This document shows, in pieces, positions 31,595 through 39,116 of a stretch of 64,000 bases of DNA. Source of the stretch: a virus. A model generated the notes under the pieces. It ran no database searches. It had not been told where the DNA came from and was given only the letters and a program-made list of their open reading frames with translations. The stretch spans positions 54,538 to 118,537 of IMG/VR virus record IMGVR_UViG_3300017766_005465; one strand, 5' to 3'. The translations under genes were made by a program, and so were the position numbers. How positions within the stretch are numbered: position 1 is the first letter of the stretch; every line of letters begins with the position of its first letter.

Positions 31595-33550
31595 ATGAAA
31601 GAGCACGCACTCAACCACAAAGAACCGCTCTCTTCCCAGCAGCCTAAAAAGGTTGTATTCATAGAGATGTTCAGAGCAGGTCCCCAGATCTCCTCCACCG
31701 GTCAGAAGTTAGTCTTTACGGAGAGTGACCTCGATCAGGTGGTGGGGTCTTACAACCCCGATACTCACGAGGCTCCTCTGATAATCGGTCACGACCAGCA
31801 GGACGATACTCCGGCTCTAGGTTGGGTACGTAAGATCTGGAAGAAAGGTCAAGAACTTTGGGGTAAGGTGGAGCTTACCCCTAAAGCCGAACAACTCATC
31901 AAAGATGGGGTGTTTAAGAAAGTAAGTAGCTCATTTTACCTGCCTGAAGCTGAAACGAATCCTACACCTGGGAAACTCTCCCTACGCCATCTTGGTTTAG
32001 TTTCTATTCCGGCAGTCAAAGGACTAACTGCTTTTTCGGAGTTATCCGAACAAGAAACGATCACAATTACCCCCTCCGAAGGGGAGTCTTCTATTTCGTT
32101 TAAAGAACACTTAGGAAAAAATCAAACTATGGCTAGGAAGAAAACCAAACCAGAAACTCCCACTTCGGTTGCTTCGGTTGTCGAGCACAACGAGGGTGGG
32201 GGAATGACCGTGAATATCAACATTGGTGGTGGTGATAAGCCCAAAGCCAACGTGTACGATGATAGCGGCAATAGGATTTCCGAGACCGGTGCTCCTGCGG
32301 AGTACGACATGGACTACGGTATGGAGTCCGACTCCGAGGACGACGCTTCGGCTATGGATCCGGGCGACGGAGCATCCGACAGCCTAGGGCTGGAAGATGG
32401 TGCCGACGAAGGTGCTGATGCCGACCCCACCGCTGACGGTGACATGCCTTCTCAGGATGGTGAGGCACCCGACGCGGAAGCCGGCATGGATTCCGGTGAT
32501 GATGCTACCGATGGCGGGACCGATGACGGATCCGCCGGGCCTTCTACTGATGGCGACACGGGTTCCGGCATGGAAACCGAGGATATCTCGGGAGATATGC
32601 AAGGAGATGATCAGAAGATCGCCCAACTCGCGTCTAATTACGAGATAGACGAGCTGATCAAGGCCCTGGCTCTTAAAACTGATGCTGCCTCCATGATGGA
32701 GGGTGAGGGAATGTCTTATGGCGAGATGCCAGAGGGACTCAAAAAGGCTATGGAAGCTAAGAAGGGTGGTGAGAGTGAGAAGGACGACGAGGAGGAAGAG
32801 GACAGCAAGGACATGGGAGAAGCTGTGAAGAAAGGTGAGAAGCCCTCCGACGCTGGCCAACCGCCCTCCGAGGACGTGAAAGGCGCTGACGAACCCAAGG
32901 GAGAGCAGGTTTACTCCGAGGAGGAAGCTACCGAGGAAGACGAGGAAGTTTCCGAGCACGGTGAAGGCTGCAAGGACTACGAGGAGGATGAGGAAGAGAA
33001 GAGGAAAAAGGAGATGATGAAGGGAGACATGTCGGAAGAGACCGTTTCAAAAGAGGCTACAGGAACTCTGGATCATAGCGAAACCGCTATGGGAGTTCGG
33101 GGACAGAATGACCTTCAGGCCCGGGTAGCCGAATTGGAAGAGGAACTTGCCAGACAGAAAAAACTCATGAGAGAGAAGGAAATCTCTGATTTCTGCGAGA
33201 CTCTATACGATGGTGGTAAACTGACCCAGCAGATCGTCTCTAAGACGGATCTCGTCCGGTTCATGGAGACCCTCAATAACAAGAACTCGGTGAACTTCTC
33301 TGAGACAGGCAAAGCCTCTCAATTTGACTTCTTCAAAGGTGTCCTGGAGAACCTACCCTCCATGGTCAGCTTCGAGGAATTCGCGACCCCAGCTTCGGCT
33401 CCACCAGCCAAGAAGCAAGTCACGCCTTCGGCTGATGGGTACGTCTACGATCCCGCCACAGCGGACCTTCACGCGCAAGCTCTGGAGTACTCCGAAGCGA
33501 AGGGTGTCGAGTACACCATCGCTCTGAAGGCTGTTCTATCTAACTCTTAA
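31595..33550 (+). CDS. Mu-like prohead protease fused to an acidic scaffolding protein
   Basis: APL.IGH, PALGWV, FKKVSSSF and LRHLGL...PAVKGL motifs, then an acidic linker and coiled coil. Confidence 0.88.
   Translation: MKEHALNHKEPLSSQQPKKVVFIEMFRAGPQISSTGQKLVFTESDLDQVVGSYNPDTHEAPLIIGHDQQDDTPALGWVRKIWKKGQELWGKVELTPKAEQLIKDGVFKKVSSSFYLPEAETNPTPGKLSLRHLGLVSIPAVKGLTAFSELSEQETITITPSEGESSISFKEHLGKNQTMARKKTKPETPTSVASVVEHNEGGGMTVNINIGGGDKPKANVYDDSGNRISETGAPAEYDMDYGMESDSEDDASAMDPGDGASDSLGLEDGADEGADADPTADGDMPSQDGEAPDAEAGMDSGDDATDGGTDDGSAGPSTDGDTGSGMETEDISGDMQGDDQKIAQLASNYEIDELIKALALKTDAASMMEGEGMSYGEMPEGLKKAMEAKKGGESEKDDEEEEDSKDMGEAVKKGEKPSDAGQPPSEDVKGADEPKGEQVYSEEEATEEDEEVSEHGEGCKDYEEDEEEKRKKEMMKGDMSEETVSKEATGTLDHSETAMGVRGQNDLQARVAELEEELARQKKLMREKEISDFCETLYDGGKLTQQIVSKTDLVRFMETLNNKNSVNFSETGKASQFDFFKGVLENLPSMVSFEEFATPASAPPAKKQVTPSADGYVYDPATADLHAQALEYSEAKGVEYTIALKAVLSNS
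32129..33550 (+). CDS. Putative nested in-frame scaffold protein
   Basis: GTTTAAAG at 32098-32105 and AGGA precede an in-frame ATG at 32129. Confidence 0.5.
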   Translation: MARKKTKPETPTSVASVVEHNEGGGMTVNINIGGGDKPKANVYDDSGNRISETGAPAEYDMDYGMESDSEDDASAMDPGDGASDSLGLEDGADEGADADPTADGDMPSQDGEAPDAEAGMDSGDDATDGGTDDGSAGPSTDGDTGSGMETEDISGDMQGDDQKIAQLASNYEIDELIKALALKTDAASMMEGEGMSYGEMPEGLKKAMEAKKGGESEKDDEEEEDSKDMGEAVKKGEKPSDAGQPPSEDVKGADEPKGEQVYSEEEATEEDEEVSEHGEGCKDYEEDEEEKRKKEMMKGDMSEETVSKEATGTLDHSETAMGVRGQNDLQARVAELEEELARQKKLMREKEISDFCETLYDGGKLTQQIVSKTDLVRFMETLNNKNSVNFSETGKASQFDFFKGVLENLPSMVSFEEFATPASAPPAKKQVTPSADGYVYDPATADLHAQALEYSEAKGVEYTIALKAVLSNS

Positions 33551-33563
33551 GGAGATCCAAAAC

Positions 33564-34073
33564 ATGGCTAATGACCCACGTTACATGTCCTTCGATCACC
33601 AGTATGTGGAGACTGTGACTGTCACCGACAGCACCGCTCTCACATCAGGTGTCGACGCACATCGCTTCATCAAGCGCACTGGCGCTTACCCCGTCGCTGG
33701 TGGCTACGCCGCTGGCGTGAATGTCTACCGCATCTACGGCCAAGGCGAACTGAACGCCAATGGCTACCAGGTGGATGACGGTTCGACTCTGGTCTACGAG
33801 GGACAACTGAACCCCTCCACCACTCCGTACAAGCCCGGCGTATTCCCCTACCAGGGACTCGCCACCGTCGTTACCTCTGGTATCGTCATTGTCGAGGTGG
33901 ACGCGGCCGCTGCCGCTTTCGGTGTAGATGACGCTGTCTACGCCACTACCGCTGGAAGGGCCACCAAAACCGCCGGTGCTGGTGTCGTTCTTGGCCGTGC
34001 TCTTGACGCTTCTGCTGCCACAACCGCTGGTCAGTACATCCGCGTTAAGCTCGGTAACGAAGCCGGCGCTTGA
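33564..34073 (+). CDS. Head decoration/cement protein (DUF2190-like)
   Basis: Ala/Gly-rich; V.TSG...VE...GRA....GRAL..A...G..I.V pattern; sits between scaffold and capsid genes. Confidence 0.75.
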   Translation: MANDPRYMSFDHQYVETVTVTDSTALTSGVDAHRFIKRTGAYPVAGGYAAGVNVYRIYGQGELNANGYQVDDGSTLVYEGQLNPSTTPYKPGVFPYQGLATVVTSGIVIVEVDAAAAAFGVDDAVYATTAGRATKTAGAGVVLGRALDASAATTAGQYIRVKLGNEAGA

Positions 34074-34099
34074 TAGATACTAAAGGAGAGTAACCAACT

Positions 34100-35083
34100 A
34101 TGATGAATCTTGATCAGGTACGCGTAATTGACCCCATTCTTACGCAACTAGCTCAAGGGTACAAGAACGCTGAGGGTGTGGCTACCTTCTTCGCTCCCGC
34201 GGTATCTATGAATACTCGCGCTGGACGTACCCTGGTATTCGGTAAGGAGGCTTTTGCGGCTCAGTCGTTCCTCCGCGCTCCCGGAACCAACATCCAGAAG
34301 ATCCAGAACCAATTCGGAACTCGCTCGTTCGCCCTCCGTCAGGAAGCGATCAGCTGGGAGATCGCCGAAGAGGTCGCTGCTGAGGCCAAGAACGGCGCCG
34401 CTCAGATCGATCTTCGCCAGTTCGCTGCTAAGGACGCCGCCAACCGTCTGATGCAGTCCTGGGAAGTTCAAGTCGCTGACCAGGTGACCGACGCCGCTCA
34501 GTACGAGACCAACAACGTGCTGAACCTCGCCACCTACAACGGCGGTGCCGACCAATTCAACAGCCCTACCGCTGACGTGGAAGTGCTGATGGACGACGCC
34601 AAGGAGCAGGTGCGTAGCCAGATCGGTGTATATCCGAACAAACTGGTGCTTTCACCTGACGCCTTCAACGCCCTGAAGCGTAACAAGAGAATCCGTGACT
34701 TCATGCAGCGCGGTGTGCTTGTCGACGAGAAGACTCTGGCCCAGATCTTTGGTCTGGACGAGCTTCGCGTGGCTCGCAGACTGAAGCTGAATCAGGCCAC
34801 CGGTGCGCTGGAGAACATCTACAACAACACCGCGATCCTCTTCTACCATCCTTCATCCTCCACCGACGGCTTCATGCCCGCCCTGGACGCCAACTACGGC
34901 AACCCCGCCTTCGCCTACACCTACACTCTGAGTGGTTATCCCATCTCCACTCCTGAGCGCTTCAACATCGAGCGCAGAGTGTTCACCGGCGACATCCTTG
35001 TCGAGCGTAGCTTCGAGCTCGTCGGCATGGGTGAGAACGGAAAGTGTGGCGCTGGTTTCATCTTCCAGAACCCCGTCGCTTGA
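34100..35083 (+). CDS. Major capsid protein
   Basis: 327 aa; DPILT..AQGY.N, FGKEAF, RAPG and PN.LVL motifs; AAGGAG Shine-Dalgarno; strongly biased codons. Confidence 0.88.
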   Translation: MMNLDQVRVIDPILTQLAQGYKNAEGVATFFAPAVSMNTRAGRTLVFGKEAFAAQSFLRAPGTNIQKIQNQFGTRSFALRQEAISWEIAEEVAAEAKNGAAQIDLRQFAAKDAANRLMQSWEVQVADQVTDAAQYETNNVLNLATYNGGADQFNSPTADVEVLMDDAKEQVRSQIGVYPNKLVLSPDAFNALKRNKRIRDFMQRGVLVDEKTLAQIFGLDELRVARRLKLNQATGALENIYNNTAILFYHPSSSTDGFMPALDANYGNPAFAYTYTLSGYPISTPERFNIERRVFTGDILVERSFELVGMGENGKCGAGFIFQNPVA

Positions 35084-35449
35084 GCCATCTGGCTCCGACT
35101 CCTTGGAGGCCTCCGGGCCTCCTTTTTTTGTGCCTACCAACTCCGCGAGTTCCTTCCTAAACTCCGAGAGTGCTCTGATATTGGAGTTGTAGATGCTACT
35201 CTGCTTGCTATCCACGAACAGCACCTCTAACTGTAGCGCCAGGTGGTGTTCGGACGAGAGGAAGGCGTCCAGCTCCTCGAGCATTGTCTCCAGGATCCCG
35301 GGCTCGATGCCACCGATCGCCACTATGGCTTTTTTCAAGTACGATATGCTCTTCTTCAGCACGAAGGTGTCCGAGGTGGGATCTCGCAGCAGGGCCAGCC
35401 TGAACGAGGTCAGATACGCGTTCATCAGAGTCTTGACGCTTTTTCCCAT
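34853..35449 (-). CDS. Hypothetical protein, convergent with and overlapping the capsid 3' end
   Basis: ATG 35449 with an upstream extended -10 (TGGTATGAT); the first ~120 codons fill otherwise empty space. Confidence 0.55.
   Translation of the reverse strand: MGKSVKTLMNAYLTSFRLALLRDPTSDTFVLKKSISYLKKAIVAIGGIEPGILETMLEELDAFLSSEHHLALQLEVLFVDSKQSSIYNSNIRALSEFRKELAELVGTKKGGPEASKESEPDGSSDGVLEDETSATLSVLTHADELEATLDKDVAGEHSALDVEALRSGDGITTQSVGVGEGGVAVVGVQGGHEAVGGG
35105..35129 (+). terminator. Intrinsic terminator after the capsid gene
   Basis: GGAGGC-CTCCGG-GCCTCC followed by T7. Confidence 0.8.
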
Positions 35450-35510
35450 GGATTTTTGTTCCTATCATACCATAGTTTAAGGCTAGTACAGAAGCAATGG
35501 GATCTGGATC

Positions 35511-36305
35511 GTGCCAAATTCTCCATATCCGGATAAGTTCGGAATAGCCGATAACTGCAATCCAGCCACGGTGGATTATTTTGTGGAGGCTTTTGGCTAC
35601 CAGGAGGCCATAGAACTCTCCAACATAGACAATCCTACCGGAAATAGCATAAACGGCGATAAGATCCAGGTGGCTCTGAATGACGCCGCCGTACTAATAA
35701 ACAACTACATTGTCACGGCACCGCCTCAGGGCAAGATCCTCATCGCGGGTTCGTACCGTCGCACGCAGGCGATCCTCGCCAGATGGTACCTCGACGTTCT
35801 GAGACCTAGACAGCAGGTCATAGACGCCGCGGAGAAGGCGATGGAGCAACTCGAGCTCTGGGCGTCCAAATCCTCCCCATCCACCGGACTCAAGTGGCAG
35901 GAGGCCTACCGCTACTGGGGTAGTGGATGCACGATGACCAAGAGCTCCTACAGAAGAGGCAGGAGCTTCACCGAGCCTTCTCTCAACAGGTGGGTGCTCC
36001 GCGAGGGAGGCAATAACCGCTGGTGGCCCTTCCCGCGCAAGGAGGCGATGTCCGCCAACCGGGTCAGTTCCGAGCACCTCTCCGACAGTTCCATGCAGGT
36101 GTCGTCGCTCCTCCCAGAGTCCACTCTGGAGGTCAACGAGCTATTCGACGCGCTCGAGACGACGAGAGGTCTGGCGTCCTTCACAAACACTCCGGACGCC
36201 GTTGATCCGGAAGGCGGAGACACCATCATCGCCACCAACTCCACAGAGAGCGCCGACGGCAACTTCGACAACTACAGCGGCCTTCAGGAAGGCAATACAT
36301 TCTAA
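35511..36305 (+). CDS. Head-tail connector, Mu gp36 / DUF1320-like
   Basis: FG..E..ELS, AL.DA...IN.Y and LARW.L motifs. Confidence 0.75.
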   Translation: MPNSPYPDKFGIADNCNPATVDYFVEAFGYQEAIELSNIDNPTGNSINGDKIQVALNDAAVLINNYIVTAPPQGKILIAGSYRRTQAILARWYLDVLRPRQQVIDAAEKAMEQLELWASKSSPSTGLKWQEAYRYWGSGCTMTKSSYRRGRSFTEPSLNRWVLREGGNNRWWPFPRKEAMSANRVSSEHLSDSSMQVSSLLPESTLEVNELFDALETTRGLASFTNTPDAVDPEGGDTIIATNSTESADGNFDNYSGLQEGNTF

Positions 36306-36307
36306 CC

Positions 36308-36643
36308 ATGAGCAACCAACCCTACGGATACGACCCCTTTAACCCCGGTCCTGCGGACGGAAACGCTTTCATGCTCCTGGAAGGAGCCGGCAATGACTGC
36401 TACTACGGATCCAACTACGGTGGGTTGGGTGGTAGGATCGGGGTGTTCCCGGATGGCACGGTGTATAAGTTGAGTGCCGCCGAACTCCGTCAGTACATTA
36501 TGGGACTGGAGGCCACGAGAAAGCTCCAGGATCTAGCGGACGTCAGCTTCACCAGGAACGTGAGGCCGGGGGACGCTCTTCTCTACAACCACATGACCGG
36601 CAACTGGGAGCTTCAGAGTTTTATCAGCGGCGGGGGATTCTGA
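36308..36643 (+). CDS. Virion-associated small protein
   Basis: L.DL.DV.....PGDALLYN..TG.W pattern; ends in GGGF. Confidence 0.6.
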   Translation: MSNQPYGYDPFNPGPADGNAFMLLEGAGNDCYYGSNYGGLGGRIGVFPDGTVYKLSAAELRQYIMGLEATRKLQDLADVSFTRNVRPGDALLYNHMTGNWELQSFISGGGF

Positions 36644-36646
36644 CCG

Positions 36647-37582
36647 ATGCTCCTAGAGATAGAGAATCAACTCCACAGGAGGGTGCATAACGCCCTAGGT
36701 CAGAGCGCTGTGGTGATAAGACTGGCCGAGGAGATCGACGAGTCCGGCCGAGTCGCCGAGCAGGCGATGATTATTGTGAGTTGGGCGGCCGGAAGCACCA
36801 CCAATCCCAACAAGGGAGCCTACATCCCCACCGTCAGGAACAGAAAGCTAAATTACACCATAACTCTGGTGCAGAAACAGACCCAGAGGGAGGGGCATAG
36901 CTTCTCCCTGCCCATCCTCGACCTCATAGCCGACTCCGTGACGGGGTGGGTGCCGGAGGTGCCGGGGTTGGAGTTCCAGACGGGGTTTGAGTTGGGGCCG
37001 GAGAGGTTCGTCCAGGTAACCGAAGCCTCCCAATTCATCTACGAGCAGACCTACAGCATAGAGGTTCTCATACCCGACGGCAGGTTCTACAGTCAGCCCT
37101 GCGCGGCCTTCGATCCCATCTCTGTAGAGGACTTCCTACCCAAGAGAAAGTGCCTATTCACCCCCGATCAGAAGGGCACCGGCCTGGCCGTCTGGAGAAG
37201 AGTGATCAACTCCGACACCACAGAGGAGTACGTTGTCGAGGACCCCAGATGCGAAAGGGAGATCTCCGACAACCTTGAGATCACCTGCAATGAGGCCTTC
37301 GACGGCAGCGCTACTTACGTCTTCACACCCAGAGCCGCTCTCTCCTTCGACGAGAATGGCGATAGGGTTATCGACGAGGACAGAATCGTCACTGGCACCC
37401 TGAGCAAGGTGTGGAAATGCTACAGAGACCGCACCCAACCCTACCCACCCTGGTTTAAGTTAAATATAGACTCCTCGCTGTGGAGGAATAGTGTGGACAC
37501 GGTTCCTAACACCAAACCTGGCACCTCAGCAAGACAGGATCTCAATATCAAACTCAATCCAGCTTACGACACACTTACATGA
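36647..37582 (+). CDS. Tail terminator/completion protein, Mu gp37-like, with C-terminal extension
   Basis: LEIE..L..R N-terminus, LD.I...V.GW.P and Y...Y motifs; gene order fits. Confidence 0.6.
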   Translation: MLLEIENQLHRRVHNALGQSAVVIRLAEEIDESGRVAEQAMIIVSWAAGSTTNPNKGAYIPTVRNRKLNYTITLVQKQTQREGHSFSLPILDLIADSVTGWVPEVPGLEFQTGFELGPERFVQVTEASQFIYEQTYSIEVLIPDGRFYSQPCAAFDPISVEDFLPKRKCLFTPDQKGTGLAVWRRVINSDTTEEYVVEDPRCEREISDNLEITCNEAFDGSATYVFTPRAALSFDENGDRVIDEDRIVTGTLSKVWKCYRDRTQPYPPWFKLNIDSSLWRNSVDTVPNTKPGTSARQDLNIKLNPAYDTLT

Positions 37583-37989
37583 ACTCCCTATTCCACTCGG
37601 TTTTTGCCTCGCACCTAGCGTTCAAGGGGGCTTCCCAACTCGCGCACTGGAACGTGGTGGGCAAGGACTTCTACCAGATGCACCTCCTCTTCGGAAAGAT
37701 CTACGAGATACTGGAAGGCCAGACAGATACGTTCGCTGAGCAGGCCCGCGGACTGGGTGTAGAGATCCCCGCGAGGGCATTTAACCAGGTCCCAGATATC
37801 GAGTGGAGTATGAATATAGAGCTTGTGGAGTGGTTGCTGACGCTGTGCGTGCGCTACCGATCCGACCTGGAGCTTCTCAGGAACGTACTGGAGGACGAGA
37901 AGCAGTACGGGTTCGTGAACGTGGTCGAGGGATTCCTTACGGACAGTAACACCATCTGCTACCTGCTCAAATCCACGCTGGAAGTCTGA
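37579..37989 (+). CDS. dps: Dps / ferritin-like protein
   Basis: HWNVVG.DF..MH..F..IY and D..AE..R.LG ferroxidase-centre motifs. Confidence 0.8.
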   Translation: MNSLFHSVFASHLAFKGASQLAHWNVVGKDFYQMHLLFGKIYEILEGQTDTFAEQARGLGVEIPARAFNQVPDIEWSMNIELVEWLLTLCVRYRSDLELLRNVLEDEKQYGFVNVVEGFLTDSNTICYLLKSTLEV

Positions 37990-38047
37990 CATACTAGAAA
38001 GCCCAAGCATTTGCTTGGGGCCACTTTCTATTCAGTTGTCTATGTTC

Positions 38048-38401
38048 TCAGTTCCAGCTAATACACACGTTGTGTACACCGCGGGAGATTGGGCCAAGGG
38101 CGCTAAAGGATTTCGCCGACAAATCGATGACTCTTCCGTGGACGAATGGTCCGCGGTCTGTGATCACCGCTTTCGTGCTACGGCCATTAGCAGTCACTGT
38201 GACAACTGTTCCAAAAGGTAGCCACTTGTGCGCTGCTTGATTCGACCAGGTGTCGAATCTCCGACCAGATGCAGTAATTCCTCCCTGGTATCCGTCCCCT
38301 AGACCGTAGTAGCTTGCTCCTCCGCATTGTTGTCCTGCTTTTGCAGAAAGAGGGAAAGCTGAAAGAGCGGCAATGGCCAGGGTAACAATCGTTTTCTTCA
38401 T
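38048..38401 (-). CDS. rlpA: RlpA-like double-psi beta-barrel lytic transglycosylase with signal peptide
   Basis: ASYYG, TASG..F, AAH..LPFGT and DRGPF..GRVIDLS motifs. Confidence 0.88.
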   Translation of the reverse strand: MKKTIVTLAIAALSAFPLSAKAGQQCGGASYYGLGDGYQGGITASGRRFDTWSNQAAHKWLPFGTVVTVTANGRSTKAVITDRGPFVHGRVIDLSAKSFSALGPISRGVHNVCISWN

Positions 38402-38559
38402 GAGCTCCGAGATAAGGAACATAACATTCCAGGGTCATCTTTGCAATCTGCAATTGTTTATAGATGAGTTAGAGATGCTATGACAGACGCCCGGCAATAC
38501 GTGGTGATAGCACCAGATCGAAAAACGTCTGAATTTTACTTTAAACTAGTTCGGTAGGG

Positions 38560-38847
38560 TTATTGTAACCGTACGAACAATTCTCTTCCCTCCTTGATAT
38601 TGGAGAGGAGAGTGGAGAGGGATACAGGTCTGTGTCCCCCATTACTAATTATACCATGGGACTTGGGGTACTTGGTGGTGGGGTAGCCAGTTCGGCGAAG
38701 TAGCACAACATCGGGGGAGTTGGCCCCGACCCATCGAGTGGGTTTTTTGGCTTTGCTCATAAGCGTGGGCTCCTCCTTGAGGAAGAGGGAGAAGCCGTAG
38801 GTCGCTCTGAAATGGTCGTTAAGATCCTCAAATGTTTGTGGTGTCAT
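38560..38847 (-). CDS. Hypothetical protein
   Basis: 95-aa ORF downstream of the polymerase. Confidence 0.55.
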   Translation of the reverse strand: MTPQTFEDLNDHFRATYGFSLFLKEEPTLMSKAKKPTRWVGANSPDVVLLRRTGYPTTKYPKSHGIISNGGHRPVSLSTLLSNIKEGRELFVRLQ

Positions 38848-38856
38848 GGAGATGGT

Positions 38857-39108
38857 TTACTCAGTTTCTAAAGATAGAATCCAGTCTTCGGTGGGAACAA
38901 AGTTCAACTCAAATAACTGATTGTCCTGGTTACAGTAGATCAGTTTGGGGTCTTGGCCGTCGGGATAGAACCATAGCAACTGGTTCTTAAGATCCTCCCT
39001 GCGTGGGTCGGGAATGGTTTTGCCCCTCTTCAGCTTAAGAATAGACCGATGAGGACCATCCCATGTTAACCCTTTGACCCCATCAAATCCCACTTCGCTT
39101 GGTTTCAT
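38857..39108 (-). CDS. Hypothetical protein
   Basis: 83-aa ORF downstream of the polymerase. Confidence 0.55.
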   Translation of the reverse strand: MKPSEVGFDGVKGLTWDGPHRSILKLKRGKTIPDPRREDLKNQLLWFYPDGQDPKLIYCNQDNQLFELNFVPTEDWILSLETE

Positions 39109-39116
39109 GATCTTGT

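Noticed and set aside
10587-37582. Transposable Mu-like prophage in a cyanobacterial chromosome
   Set aside because: No transposase or host flanks; the phage carries its own polymerase, topoisomerase, tRNA array and photosynthesis genes, as expected of a large lytic phage.
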